Below, one piece after another: positions 26,480 through 36,489 of a stretch of DNA of 64,000 bases. Every line of letters begins with the position of its first letter. Position 1 is the stretch's first letter. The translations under genes were made by a program, and so were the position numbers. Location: positions 32,798 to 96,797 of IMG/VR virus record IMGVR_UViG_3300034066_001346, one strand, 5' to 3'. The notes beneath the pieces were generated by a model that saw nothing but the letters and a program-made list of their open reading frames with translations, did no database searches and was not told the origin of the DNA. This stretch comes from a virus.

Positions 26480-29400
26480 TTTATTTCCTTTACATTTAAT
26501 GTGCCATCATCTAATTTAGCTAGCACAACCTTACATTTCATACCTTCACGCATTTTTGCAAGTGACATCTTATACATTGTTGGGAATGCAATAACTCGTG
26601 TTAATTCTTTTTCACCGTTAGATAATACTATATGGCTCATCATTTTACCAGCCTTAGTTTTATACGGAGTAAAGTTAATAACCATGTACTCATCTTCCTC
26701 TAAGTCATATTCTTTTCTATATAAATAATCTACAAAGAGGTCTGGGGCATCTGGACTAATATCTTTAACATTAACATATCTAGCAATGCGATTATCTCCA
26801 ACTAATATAAAGTACATTTGGTTTGGCTCAATTTGAGTATCCTCATGATGGAATAATCCAACAGTACCGCTTTCATCTACAAGCTCTACTCTTGCCCAGC
26901 CAGCTCCACGTTTAATGCTCTTAACCATTCCAAACATAACAAATGATCCAAGATCATCGAAGTCCTCGATAGGCCTTGCCTGTGCTTTAATTCTTGGTGG
27001 TATTCCCTCTAAATTAAAAGTAGGTATGCCCAAATATTCATAGTAATTATCTTTCTCATTGCCACCTCTAGGATTATCAGTAAAAGCAGCACCACCAATT
27101 GAATTTAATGCGGCAATTGCTCTGCTATTAATTCCACTTCCTTTTTTAGAAGCCTTGTCAATAAAATCTGAGTAGTCTGCAAATGGTCTTTTATCTAGTA
27201 TCTTGTTAGCAATACTGTCTGAAATAAATTTAATTTCAGCCAAGCCAAATATAATTGAATTATCTTTTAAAGAAAAATATATGTCTGATTCATTTACATG
27301 TGGCAACTTAATTTTAAGACCCAGGCGCTTAGCCTCAATTAAATATTCTGTTCTTGCGTCTTTGTCATTTTCGTTTTTAAGAATTGAAAACATAAACTCA
27401 AGAGGATAATAGGACTTAAGCCAAGCAGTATAATAACTAAGCATAGAGTAAGCAACAGCATGGGAGCGGTTAAAAGAATAACCAGCATGAGCCTCAAAGT
27501 CATGCCAAAGCTGCTCTGCTTTTTTCTGAGTAATTTGCTTTGAAGCCCCAGCAATAAACTGATCTTTGAATTGGTCAAACTCTTTTGCATCTTTTTTCTT
27601 TCCAATAATCTTGCGGACCTTATCAGCCTCTGACCAAGACATACCTCCTAGGTATACGCAGGCTTGCATAACCTGCTCCTGATATATAATAACACCATAT
27701 GTATTCTCAGTAAACTCTTTCATAATCACATGGCTATAATCAACTGCTTCTTTACCGTGCTTACGGTTAATGTATGCAGCACCCACTGTATTCATGGCTC
27801 CTGGGCGAACTAAAGCATTTGATGCAACTAAGTCTTCAAACTTATCTACGCCCATCTTCATTAAAAGATTTGTATACGGAGTTGCTTCCGCCTGAAATAC
27901 ACCCTTGGTGTATCCTTCGCTTAACATTTTATAAACTTTGGGGTCATCCATAGTAAGATCGGAAAGGTTGATGTCTTTACCAGATCTTTCCTTAATAGAT
28001 TGAAGCGTATCTGAGATTACTGATAAAGTCTTAAGTCCTAGCGCATCTAGTTTAATAAGACCTATATCGGCAACCGTATCCATATCGTATGCGACGACTG
28101 GAATTCTTCCAGATACTTTATCTTGTGAATCTTCACGAGACTCAACTGGCGCATAGTTTCTTAAATCATCTTTTGCTACAACCACTCCAGCTGCGTGTAC
28201 TCCAACTGATCTGATGCGGCCACGCAATCTTTCGGCAAGCCAGACTACCTCTGGGTACCTTGCTCTAAAATCTTTTGTATTCGGGGAATCCATAAAATCT
28301 TCGAAGGTGTCTACAGTTTTTAGTGCACGGTTTACTTCTTGAAGTGGAACCATGAATACACGAGCAGCATCACGAACAACACCCTTATCTTTAAAATAAG
28401 TGTAAGTTGAAATTGAAGCTACGTGCTTAAACTTTTTCTTTAGATATTCTTTAACTTCTTTTCTGCGACGGTCTTCAAAGTCGGTATCAATATCTGGAAA
28501 ATCATTTCGCTCTGGATTAATGAATCGAAAGAAAAGTAAGTCATATTTAATTGGGTCAACATCTGTAATTCCTAATGAATAACAAACTAAAGATCCAGCA
28601 GCAGAACCACGTCCTGGCCCAACCTTAATATTATTTTCTTTAGCCCAATTAATCATATCGGCGATTACTAAGAAATATGAGGCGAAGTTCTTTGAGGCAA
28701 TTACGGCTAGCTCTTCTTCTACACGAGCCACATAAATATCATCTGAAGCCTTCTGAAGCCTCTCTAAGCCCCGATAAGCCAACTCCCTAAGCTTCTCATC
28801 GGCATCTGTTTTTGGGACGGGCAGAAGGTCAAGATTTTGATTAAAGTCATAATCACTAACCTTATTAGCAATCTCCATAGTATTTTCATATATATCAGTA
28901 CGGCTAATTCCAGCCTTATTAAAGTCAGATTCAATTTCTGAGCGTGACTGAATAAATAGATTATAATCTTGAAATGAAATTCTACGATCTGGATAAAGAT
29001 AATTAAATCTATCTAACATATCCTTCATATTACGAGACATATCAAAGTCAGCATCTTTATCAAACTTAGGAGATGTGGATAGAATCAATAATGCTTCTTC
29101 TAATATTCTATCCTCTTCTTTAGCAAAGTGAGCGTCTCCTGTCGCTACCGCCTTAATTTTTAATTCATCTGCTAATTTTAATAAGGTCGAGTTGATTTCA
29201 TGGGGGTTATGTGATTGTACTTCCACGTAGAAATCTTCCATAAAGATTTGTTTAAAATCTTGAAGTATAAGCTTGGCTTCTGATAGTTCGCCCTTTTCGA
29301 TGCATTTACTAATAAGTCCATTAAGACATCCACTAAGTACAATAATACCTTCCGCATATTCTTTTAAAACCTCTCTGTCAATTCTTGGCTTGTGATAAAA

Positions 29401-29745
29401 TCCTTCGTTCCATGCAAGTTCCTGCAAAATATTTATATTCTCTAAGCCCTTTTTATTTTTAGCTAGAAGAATAATATGATTGTATGCCTGAATAGATTTA
29501 TCTGTTTTTGATGAACGGTCAAATCTATCTGTTGGAGATATGTATGCTTCTACTCCAAGTATGGGTTTTATCCCCAATTCTTTTGCAGCAATCTGCATAT
29601 CTCTATGGGAAGATAAAGTTCCATGATCTGTAATTGCAATTGCTGTCTGACCAGCATCCAATGCTGCTTGGCATAGTTCTTTTGGAGAATTTAGTCCATC
29701 CATTAATGAATAATAAGAGTGGACGTGCAAGTGTGTAAAACTCAT
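26476..29745 (-). CDS. dnaE: DNA polymerase III alpha subunit
   Basis: PHP HLHVHS..SLMDG, GRGSAAGS, FPDIDTD and GYSFNRSHA. Confidence 0.97.
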   Translation of the reverse strand: MSFTHLHVHSYYSLMDGLNSPKELCQAALDAGQTAIAITDHGTLSSHRDMQIAAKELGIKPILGVEAYISPTDRFDRSSKTDKSIQAYNHIILLAKNKKGLENINILQELAWNEGFYHKPRIDREVLKEYAEGIIVLSGCLNGLISKCIEKGELSEAKLILQDFKQIFMEDFYVEVQSHNPHEINSTLLKLADELKIKAVATGDAHFAKEEDRILEEALLILSTSPKFDKDADFDMSRNMKDMLDRFNYLYPDRRISFQDYNLFIQSRSEIESDFNKAGISRTDIYENTMEIANKVSDYDFNQNLDLLPVPKTDADEKLRELAYRGLERLQKASDDIYVARVEEELAVIASKNFASYFLVIADMINWAKENNIKVGPGRGSAAGSLVCYSLGITDVDPIKYDLLFFRFINPERNDFPDIDTDFEDRRRKEVKEYLKKKFKHVASISTYTYFKDKGVVRDAARVFMVPLQEVNRALKTVDTFEDFMDSPNTKDFRARYPEVVWLAERLRGRIRSVGVHAAGVVVAKDDLRNYAPVESREDSQDKVSGRIPVVAYDMDTVADIGLIKLDALGLKTLSVISDTLQSIKERSGKDINLSDLTMDDPKVYKMLSEGYTKGVFQAEATPYTNLLMKMGVDKFEDLVASNALVRPGAMNTVGAAYINRKHGKEAVDYSHVIMKEFTENTYGVIIYQEQVMQACVYLGGMSWSEADKVRKIIGKKKDAKEFDQFKDQFIAGASKQITQKKAEQLWHDFEAHAGYSFNRSHAVAYSMLSYYTAWLKSYYPLEFMFSILKNENDKDARTEYLIEAKRLGLKIKLPHVNESDIYFSLKDNSIIFGLAEIKFISDSIANKILDKRPFADYSDFIDKASKKGSGINSRAIAALNSIGGAAFTDNPRGGNEKDNYYEYLGIPTFNLEGIPPRIKAQARPIEDFDDLGSFVMFGMVKSIKRGAGWARVELVDESGTVGLFHHEDTQIEPNQMYFILVGDNRIARYVNVKDISPDAPDLFVDYLYRKEYDLEEDEYMVINFTPYKTKAGKMMSHIVLSNGEKELTRVIAFPTMYKMSLAKMREGMKCKVVLAKLDDGTLNVKEIK

Positions 29746-29952
29746 TTAGTATCCGCCCTGACATTCATTTCTAGTATGATAAAGTCTAATCTTTGTCATA
29801 ACCTTTTTATTTGGTGCATATAAATCTTCATTACAGCATAAGCAATTCATGTGCCACTCTTGTGCAAAGAAATCGTAGAGCATGCCTTTAAAATCTTTAT
29901 ACTTGTTTGACACAAATGTATCAAATGGGTCTGGTATCTCTAAGTTAATCAT
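29746..29952 (-). CDS. Hypothetical protein
   Basis: ORF abutting dnaE; Cys/His motif. Confidence 0.65.
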   Translation of the reverse strand: MINLEIPDPFDTFVSNKYKDFKGMLYDFFAQEWHMNCLCCNEDLYAPNKKVMTKIRLYHTRNECQGGY

Positions 29953-29972
29953 TTCCGCCGTTTTCTATTATG

Positions 29973-30045
29973 TACCAAAGGTGGGATTCGAACCCACGCT
30001 GTATAGATTTTAAGTCTACCGCCTCTACCGCTGGGCTACTCTGGC
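29973..30045 (-). tRNA. tRNA-Leu(TAA), short variable arm
   Basis: Acceptor stem GCCAGAG/CTTTGGT plus discriminator A, anticodon loop CT-TAA-AA, T-loop GTTCGAA; 73 nt. Confidence 0.9.
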
Positions 30046-30049
30046 CTAA

Positions 30050-30071
30050 GAGGGCAGATTGCTCTGCCCTC
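30050..30071 (-). terminator. GC-rich hairpin after ssb (terminator or processing site)
   Basis: GAGGGCAGA/TCTGCCCTC 9-bp stem with no strong U-tract. Confidence 0.5.
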
Positions 30072-30078
30072 CGCCAAA

Positions 30079-30753
30079 TTATAACCAGTCTAGGCTACTG
30101 TTTGTTGATGAGTCAGAAGACTCTTGTCCAGATTCTCCGTTAAAGAAAGCTTCCTGTTCAGTATAAGGCATATCACGAACAGCGGTTTCTTCAAGCTTAT
30201 ACAACTCTAATGAAGATGAGTCAAAGTCTGATTCATCTTTTGCTAAAGGAATGATAGTATAGCTTGTATCTGTCTTTGTGCCAGAACGTTTAATACGCCA
30301 CATTAGGTTTGTAATGCTACCCATTTCTCCAGCGTATTCAATTAATGTTGGTGTTACTGTCTTTCCGCTAGAACCCTGTGAAAGAATTGCAACATAAGGT
30401 TCCTCTTTGCCATCGTCTACTAAAACATTAATGTAAAGTCGTGAACGACCTTTCCAACCTGCCTTGTAATCTTTGCGATGTTGTTCACAGCCATAGCACT
30501 TGCCCTGATCTTCCATTGAGCATAGCGCCTTGCGGCGATAGTCTTTAGGGTTTGTGTGTTCTACTGCAATAAAGCCAAGTCCGTTCTTTTCATTGTAACT
30601 TGGTGAATCTGGATCAAGCTCCTGTAAGAAGCGAATCTTAACGCTTTCTGTATCTTCTAGCTTAACCCAACGTGCTTTAGTTCCTTCGCCACCTGATGAC
30701 TGTGGCTTATCCATTACTTTGTTTAGGTCTTTTAATCCCTTAACGATACCCAT
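30079..30753 (-). CDS. Single-stranded DNA-binding protein (gp32-like)
   Basis: KIRFL, H...C...CYGC, acidic C-terminal tail; located between primase and polymerase. Confidence 0.75.
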   Translation of the reverse strand: MGIVKGLKDLNKVMDKPQSSGGEGTKARWVKLEDTESVKIRFLQELDPDSPSYNEKNGLGFIAVEHTNPKDYRRKALCSMEDQGKCYGCEQHRKDYKAGWKGRSRLYINVLVDDGKEEPYVAILSQGSSGKTVTPTLIEYAGEMGSITNLMWRIKRSGTKTDTSYTIIPLAKDESDFDSSSLELYKLEETAVRDMPYTEQEAFFNGESGQESSDSSTNSSLDWL

Positions 30754-30808
30754 TTATATCCTCTTTTCATATAGTTGACAGTATATATCTGTCTGTATTG
30801 CTATTATA

Positions 30809-31807
30809 TCATGGGTTCCAAGATCGATATTCGATATCGGAAACTGCGTTTTTTATACAAGCTTTTATCTCATCTTCTGACATATCGCCTGCATCTTTTG
30901 CTGCATGTGGATATATCTTACCATATTCATAAGAAGCCCACAAGATGTCTTTATTCTTTAATTTATTAGCAATGCTCATTCCTAATGCTCTTCCAGCTTC
31001 ATCTGCATCAGTCATTATTGTTATTCGATTAAAATATCTATTTAAAAGGTGGTGCTGTTCATTTGAAATAAATCCTCCAAGGGTTGCAACCACATTTGGG
31101 AATCCAGCCTGATGAACACGAATAGCGTCAAAGCTGGACTCAACTACGACTACATGATCACCGATTTTTTTTGCTCTATGAACATTAAATAAAGTTTTGC
31201 TCTTTGGAAGATTTGTACTGTTCTTAAAGGACTTGCCTTCTATTGATCTACCAACAATTCCAATAGGCATTCCGTCTGGACTATGAACTGGAACTGTAAC
31301 CATATCCATATTCTTTGAATATCCTAAATTAAAATATTTACCAGAAGTCATATTAATTCCTCTGGACTCAAAATACTTCTGTGCTTTCCATTCCGTAACT
31401 AGATCATCATTTAGTTTAACTAAAGTATCTTGTGAGAATTCCTCAAACACTGGTTTATCCTCTAGCATCTCCGCCATCAATTCATCAAAGTTATTAAGGG
31501 ACTCTGTTTCCTTAGCGGCAATATACCTCATAGCCTCGAAGTCATTCTTGTTGAGAACTTTTTTGATTAACTCAATTAACGTTCCAGCTTCACCGCAGGC
31601 AGGATTAAAACAAATAAAGGCGCCTTTATCACGACTTACGCTAAAGCTTGACGTATGTCTGTTTGAATGAAATGGACAATAGCATAGAAAATCGTTTGAT
31701 GTTTCTCCAACTATATCTAACCCTAAAGACTTTAAGATCGATTTGATATGGTTGGGCGCATATTGCGTGAGATCAGTTTTCCCTGAGACATTCCCTCTGA
31801 TAGCCAT
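30809..31807 (-). CDS. dnaG: DNA primase (CHC2 Zn finger + TOPRIM)
   Basis: CPFH...CFNPAC, VVESSFD and DADEAG. Confidence 0.9.
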   Translation of the reverse strand: MAIRGNVSGKTDLTQYAPNHIKSILKSLGLDIVGETSNDFLCYCPFHSNRHTSSFSVSRDKGAFICFNPACGEAGTLIELIKKVLNKNDFEAMRYIAAKETESLNNFDELMAEMLEDKPVFEEFSQDTLVKLNDDLVTEWKAQKYFESRGINMTSGKYFNLGYSKNMDMVTVPVHSPDGMPIGIVGRSIEGKSFKNSTNLPKSKTLFNVHRAKKIGDHVVVVESSFDAIRVHQAGFPNVVATLGGFISNEQHHLLNRYFNRITIMTDADEAGRALGMSIANKLKNKDILWASYEYGKIYPHAAKDAGDMSEDEIKACIKNAVSDIEYRSWNP

Positions 31808-32034
31808 GCCTTCTTCTTTCCTACGTAAACTCCATGCAAGGTCATTAAGAACTTCCATGTTTCTCCTGTGAATTCTACTGCAAAGGCTGGATCTATGTCA
31901 AGTACCCTTGCATATCCCTTGTCACGCATTTGATGCGTGAGCATGCTTTCATACTGATGCTTAATTTTAATAATTTCAGAATCATCTAAAAACTCAACAT
32001 TAATTTGAAACCTTTTAATTTTTTTGTGAGTCAT
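31732..32034 (-). CDS. Hypothetical protein
   Basis: ORF between helicase and primase. Confidence 0.7.
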   Translation of the reverse strand: MTHKKIKRFQINVEFLDDSEIIKIKHQYESMLTHQMRDKGYARVLDIDPAFAVEFTGETWKFLMTLHGVYVGKKKAWLSEGMSQGKLISRNMRPTISNRS

Positions 32035-33259
32035 TTTGGAAAGGATTCTCATAAATCTCTTTGATGATACCTCTGTTGATATCCCAATCTAAGAAGACAT
32101 TAAAGTCTTGTCCATGTCTATTTTTTCGGCTAACCACTTCAACCATATTTGTATTAGTGTATTTGTGAATTGCAATAGCCATATCTGCATCATACTCAAT
32201 GGCTTTAGACCATGCAACCTGAGACAGCATTGGAGGGGCATCTTGATCTGTAATGTCATCCATTGTTGCTGCTGTAATATCAATAACTGGAATTCCATTT
32301 GTCATTGCTAACATTTTAAACTCACGAGATATGTTCATATTACGTTCTGTTGCACCTGAGCTACGCTTTGTGTCTGAGAACAACTGATGATAGTCAAGGA
32401 TTACTAGGTCTGGTTTATGTTGATCTATTTTTGCCTGAACTGTATTTGCGCTTACATCAGACATTCCTTCGCTTGACACCAACACAAAACCATTTTTGTT
32501 TTCAAACTTTTTAGATCCCCAAGACTTGAGGTCATCTATATTAACATCTCCCTTTGCAAAATCGCTTGCACGGAATAAACCTGAACCCATCATTGTATAG
32601 ATACGGTTACGCATATCTTCTGGGGACATTTCAAGAGAAACAATCATTGGCTTGAATCCTTGCTCCCAAGCCTTGCATGCAAGGTAGGAAGTAAACCAAG
32701 TCTTACCACGCCCTGGCCAACCAATAGCAACAATTAAATGCCCTGGAGCCATTCCAGTAGGATAAGCTTTATCAATTGCATCGAATCCAGTTAAGATTCC
32801 AGGACTGCCACCCATTGCTGCAGAACGCTCTTTTACTGAAGCAAAGTGTGTGGCTGCGGACTCAAGGTCTGTGACATCTAAATCTCTTACGTTATTAGTA
32901 AATTTAGAAAGCTGAGATAGCTTTGCCTGCATATCAGCGATAACTCTACCTGCTGCATCTTCCTTTAAGGCCGACCCAGATTGAATTAATATGCTTTTAA
33001 GTCTGCTACTTAAATATTCATTCTTAAGTTTATCTAAATAATATCCTGTTTCAGCCTTTGTATTGACTGGCTCAAAGTCTTTAAATCTTTCTGACAGGAT
33101 ACCTACTTCTGGAACAGCCTTGAACTTATAATAGTATGACTTTAAAGATTCCCAGATATCTCTGTGTGATGTAAATATCTCATCTACGTTATCTGCTAGT
33201 AATGTACTAATGTCTTTATTCTTACATACTGCGGAGATTACTTCTGCTTCTGTATTCAT
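32015..33259 (-). CDS. dnaB: DnaB-like replicative helicase
   Basis: GWPGRGKT, SLEM, ILDY, IEYDAD and KNRHG. Confidence 0.93.
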   Translation of the reverse strand: MNTEAEVISAVCKNKDISTLLADNVDEIFTSHRDIWESLKSYYYKFKAVPEVGILSERFKDFEPVNTKAETGYYLDKLKNEYLSSRLKSILIQSGSALKEDAAGRVIADMQAKLSQLSKFTNNVRDLDVTDLESAATHFASVKERSAAMGGSPGILTGFDAIDKAYPTGMAPGHLIVAIGWPGRGKTWFTSYLACKAWEQGFKPMIVSLEMSPEDMRNRIYTMMGSGLFRASDFAKGDVNIDDLKSWGSKKFENKNGFVLVSSEGMSDVSANTVQAKIDQHKPDLVILDYHQLFSDTKRSSGATERNMNISREFKMLAMTNGIPVIDITAATMDDITDQDAPPMLSQVAWSKAIEYDADMAIAIHKYTNTNMVEVVSRKNRHGQDFNVFLDWDINRGIIKEIYENPFQNDSQKN

Positions 33260-33576
33260 TGCTCCCCGCCTTCAACTAATTTCTTCGTTGCTTCTAATAG
33301 CATACGACGATTCTCTACATCTTTTTCCATTGCAACTCTTAAATGATCAATCTTATCAAAGTTGTAAAAGAAAAAGTTTAATGGGTGACCAGACTTGCTT
33401 GTCTTAAAATAGTATATCAATAGATCTTTGGCACAATCAAACCCAACGCTATCGATTACATCTTGCATTGCCCATTTTTCCCTAAACTTATTTAGCTTTG
33501 GCTTTCGGCCATACTTTTCTAAGTATAAAGACTCATACAGTCCAATTAGGACATACGGCTCTTTCTCATTTGCCAC
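33256..33576 (-). CDS. Hypothetical protein
   Basis: Coupled ORF upstream of the helicase. Confidence 0.7.
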   Translation of the reverse strand: MANEKEPYVLIGLYESLYLEKYGRKPKLNKFREKWAMQDVIDSVGFDCAKDLLIYYFKTSKSGHPLNFFFYNFDKIDHLRVAMEKDVENRRMLLEATKKLVEGGEQ

Positions 33577-33778
33577 TAGGCTTCTTCAATTCTTCTTCAA
33601 CTTCACGAGTCTTTTCAATAAGCTTTTCTTCTACAAACTTATAGACACGCTCTGTTGCAGCCTCAACGCCTTCGCCTTGACGAACTGAATCTTCTATTCC
33701 AATACCAATCTTAATACTTTCGTAATTGCCAAGGTTGCGAGTAAACGATAAGTCTACCTTAACTCTAGTGTCTGACAT
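33566..33778 (-). CDS. Hypothetical protein
   Basis: TRNLGNYES motif, common in phage proteins. Confidence 0.7.
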   Translation of the reverse strand: MSDTRVKVDLSFTRNLGNYESIKIGIGIEDSVRQGEGVEAATERVYKFVEEKLIEKTREVEEELKKPSGK

Positions 33779-34260
33779 TATTCCGCCTTCCATACAGGGA
33801 CAAACTTTCCTTCTTCGGTCTTAGTATACAATATTAAGTTGTGTTTGAGAAGTGCCAATATCTCAGCTCTTGATGGAACCTTTGACGAGTGACCAGCTTC
33901 TAAGATAAACTCATGTAAGTCTAGGATGTCTTTATGACTAAACATAAACTTAGACCACGAGCTATCTGGATTACCAATTGGATATATTCTGGCAGGAACT
34001 TTAATCTTGCCTTCTAATATATAATCTTCTATAGTAACCTTATGCTTATTTAAAAGAGCTGATACATCTTTGATTGAATAAGCATTCTCCATAGATTTTT
34101 CTACCTGAGTGTATGAGTATAACATTCTTTTTTTATCTTCATACGACCAAGCAATTAATTCATCTTTGGCTCTTGATGATTTTAATACTTTATGTATCTT
34201 CCCGTTTAAGAAGAAATAAAGAAACTTTTTGCGTGTCTTTGATCTTGTTTTTCTAGCCAT
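33778..34260 (-). CDS. HTH DNA-binding protein (MerR/excisionase-like)
   Basis: YSIKDVSALLNKHKVTIEDYILEGKI. Confidence 0.7.
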   Translation of the reverse strand: MARKTRSKTRKKFLYFFLNGKIHKVLKSSRAKDELIAWSYEDKKRMLYSYTQVEKSMENAYSIKDVSALLNKHKVTIEDYILEGKIKVPARIYPIGNPDSSWSKFMFSHKDILDLHEFILEAGHSSKVPSRAEILALLKHNLILYTKTEEGKFVPVWKAE

Positions 34261-34391
34261 CTACCTAATGCACTCGTTTCTTTATTAATCATCCAGCGTT
34301 TACCACACATGACACAAAATAGTTCCATGTGTAGCTTCTGAGAGAATACTCTATCAATAAATACTCTACCGTTACATTTCTGACAATACAT
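34206..34391 (-). CDS. Zn-ribbon hypothetical protein
   Basis: CQKC...CVMCG. Confidence 0.7.
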   Translation of the reverse strand: MYCQKCNGRVFIDRVFSQKLHMELFCVMCGKRWMINKETSALGRWLEKQDQRHAKSFFISS

Positions 34392-35191
34392 TATAAAGTA
34401 AATACCTTTCCGTCTACCACGCAAGAATAGTCTGGGGAGACATGAATCATTTGTATATGAGGATAATCATTTACGATATGTGCAATAGCAAATCCCTTTT
34501 GCCAATCATGATGCTGGGTGTATTTCATTCCTGGCCCCTTTTCATCACACATGTGACCTATTTCATAGCCACGCAATGTCTCGCCTTCGCCATTGTTTCT
34601 AAGCTCGTATGTTACCATGTGTGAAGCAATTCTATGTGAGTGACCACGAATTAAAGATATCTGAAGATCTTCCATGTCTTTTCTTACTGCTCCAGTAGCT
34701 GAAACAGAAAGCCCGTGATGCACATGGATATCTCCAAAGCGTCGCTTTGGCAACTGATCATAATAAATATATTCATATCCTAGTGAGTCTAAAGACCAAA
34801 GAGCTTCTGGCGTAACTTCTTTTGCATAATCTGGTAGCTTCTTATCAATATAATCAAATATTCTAACATCGTGATTTCCAAGTGCTGAGAATAGCTGTGC
34901 GTCTGGAAGCATCTCTCGTGTCTTAGCGTAAAAGTCTCTTGCACCTTTTGCCTCATGGCGCATCATTGGAACAATTAAATCTCTGCTATCATCCTTATGC
35001 AATTGCATAAATTCTGCAGAACGCCCTTCTGTATACTTGCTATAGCAAGCTTGGTCGTCGGTATCTCCTAAATAGTCAACCACATCTGGCTTAAACCATT
35101 TCATTACTTTAAACCATAGTGCAATCATCTTATCATCTTGATACGGGAATTGCTGATCAGAAGATAGCATCCATTTTAAGTCGTTTGACAT
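34391..35191 (-). CDS. Calcineurin-like metallophosphoesterase
   Basis: SD, GD..D, GNHD, HHG and GHSH motifs. Confidence 0.88.
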   Translation of the reverse strand: MSNDLKWMLSSDQQFPYQDDKMIALWFKVMKWFKPDVVDYLGDTDDQACYSKYTEGRSAEFMQLHKDDSRDLIVPMMRHEAKGARDFYAKTREMLPDAQLFSALGNHDVRIFDYIDKKLPDYAKEVTPEALWSLDSLGYEYIYYDQLPKRRFGDIHVHHGLSVSATGAVRKDMEDLQISLIRGHSHRIASHMVTYELRNNGEGETLRGYEIGHMCDEKGPGMKYTQHHDWQKGFAIAHIVNDYPHIQMIHVSPDYSCVVDGKVFTL

Positions 35192-35206
35192 TATTTACCT
35201 TAATAC

Positions 35207-35232
35207 GAAAAAAGTCACGGGTACGTGACTTT
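35207..35232 (-). terminator. Intrinsic terminator ending the tail operon
   Basis: AAAGTCACG-TACC-CGTGACTTT followed by a U-tract. Confidence 0.7.
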
Positions 35233-35274
35233 AATGTTACAGTAATTGTAACATATTATATAGATGTGTCAATA

Positions 35275-35697
35275 CTAGCTATTGCTAATAGGTCTTAAAT
35301 ATACTGCAATCCAAAATATGCCGAAGTTGTTCTTGTTTACGTTAGATGTAACGTATATAGTTTTTTGCAATCCTGTACCATGAACACTTGCAGACACAAC
35401 TTCCTTAGCATTTAGCTTTCCGCCAAGACCTACTATGATCCAAGGATTTTCTGTTTTTCCAGTGTACTTTTTACTTAATTGATCGGATATATTTATAGTA
35501 ACAACGTTGTTTGCTTTTAAATCTACGGACTCTCTATTTCCAGAAATAACTGGAACAGTTGTTCCGAGCAAAGAATCGACAATGTCTCCAGCAGTTGACA
35601 TTGCTCCAAAATTTCCTCTAAGCTTAACAAGCTCAGTATACATCTCATTTAGGGATGTAACATTTAATGGTTCACCTTCTTGGAATATATTTGCCAT
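35275..35697 (-). CDS. Hypothetical protein (tail region)
   Basis: ORF at the end of the structural operon. Confidence 0.65.
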   Translation of the reverse strand: MANIFQEGEPLNVTSLNEMYTELVKLRGNFGAMSTAGDIVDSLLGTTVPVISGNRESVDLKANNVVTINISDQLSKKYTGKTENPWIIVGLGGKLNAKEVVSASVHGTGLQKTIYVTSNVNKNNFGIFWIAVYLRPISNS

Positions 35698-36101
35698 TAT
35701 AAGTTTTCTCCTAATTCGTGCATATTTGTTTCTGCTTCACTTACCTCTATTAACATAGATCTATTTAATCCATATCTATCAAAGACATCTGGGCTCAATA
35801 TATGTCGTCTCTTATTTTGAGATATTAAATACATTTTACCATCTGCTATGTTTTTTATCAAGGTGCCGTCCCTGAATCCCAATTTGCCTGCCGACTTAAT
35901 GGTAGACAGTGCGTGATCAGTTGCTAGCACTTCAACAAATCTCCAAGATTCGGCAGCTCTTTCAGATATAAGTTTATACCTTTTATTATCTTTAATCCAG
36001 TATATACCACTATCTGTTTTAACAGCTATTCCTGATGGGAAATTAGTTGGTGATGTTATCAAGACTGATTGAATAGTCTTTGATTGCTTCTTCTTTAGCA
36101 T
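35697..36101 (-). CDS. Hypothetical protein with two internal repeats
   Basis: SGIAVK...YWI....RY and DGTLIK...YLI...RR repeats. Confidence 0.7.
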   Translation of the reverse strand: MLKKKQSKTIQSVLITSPTNFPSGIAVKTDSGIYWIKDNKRYKLISERAAESWRFVEVLATDHALSTIKSAGKLGFRDGTLIKNIADGKMYLISQNKRRHILSPDVFDRYGLNRSMLIEVSEAETNMHELGENL

Positions 36102-36225
36102 TCTTCTCGTCTACTAACTGTGTTAAATCAGCTCGCAAAACTGCAATCTGAGTTTCGTAATTTGATACTAATTCGCCTATACGTTGCTGTAGAGCGGCTA
36201 TGATTAGCTCCGCTTTTTCTACCAT
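36043..36225 (-). CDS. Small coiled-coil protein
   Basis: GAGG RBS and heptad pattern. Confidence 0.65.
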   Translation of the reverse strand: MVEKAELIIAALQQRIGELVSNYETQIAVLRADLTQLVDEKNAKEEAIKDYSISLDNITN

Positions 36226-36234
36226 CTTTTACCT

Positions 36235-36453
36235 CTATGCTGTAAGTGATGCTAGCTCTGTTGTAAGAGCAGCTTTCTTTGCATTTAATTCTGCAATATC
36301 AGAATTAAGATTAGAAATTTTTTCAGAATCTGGAGTAGACACAGCCTCTTCTTCAATAACAGAAACTTCTAAGTTATAGATTGAATACTCAAGGTTCTTC
36401 ATATGCTGATTTACAATTGCTGTTTTTTCTTCATTTGTTAAAATTGTTGTCAT
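36235..36453 (-). CDS. Small coiled-coil protein downstream of the fibre (possible chaperone)
   Basis: AGGAGG RBS; resembles the neighbour (N.EK..I...K..AL..EL). Confidence 0.7.
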   Translation of the reverse strand: MTTILTNEEKTAIVNQHMKNLEYSIYNLEVSVIEEEAVSTPDSEKISNLNSDIAELNAKKAALTTELASLTA

Positions 36454-36489
36454 TTTATTCCTCCTTTCATATTATAACATAAATATAGA

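Noticed and set aside
20692-32298. Minus-strand out-of-frame ORFs nested in real genes (20692..20892, 24433..24657, 27339..27605, 32089..32298; also 6848..7141)
   Set aside because: They lie wholly or almost wholly within well-supported genes in another frame and show no motifs or RBS.
15644-33259. Inteins or introns in terL, recA, dnaE or dnaB
   Set aside because: Lengths are normal, motifs are contiguous, and no C...HN splice signatures or homing endonuclease ORFs were seen.
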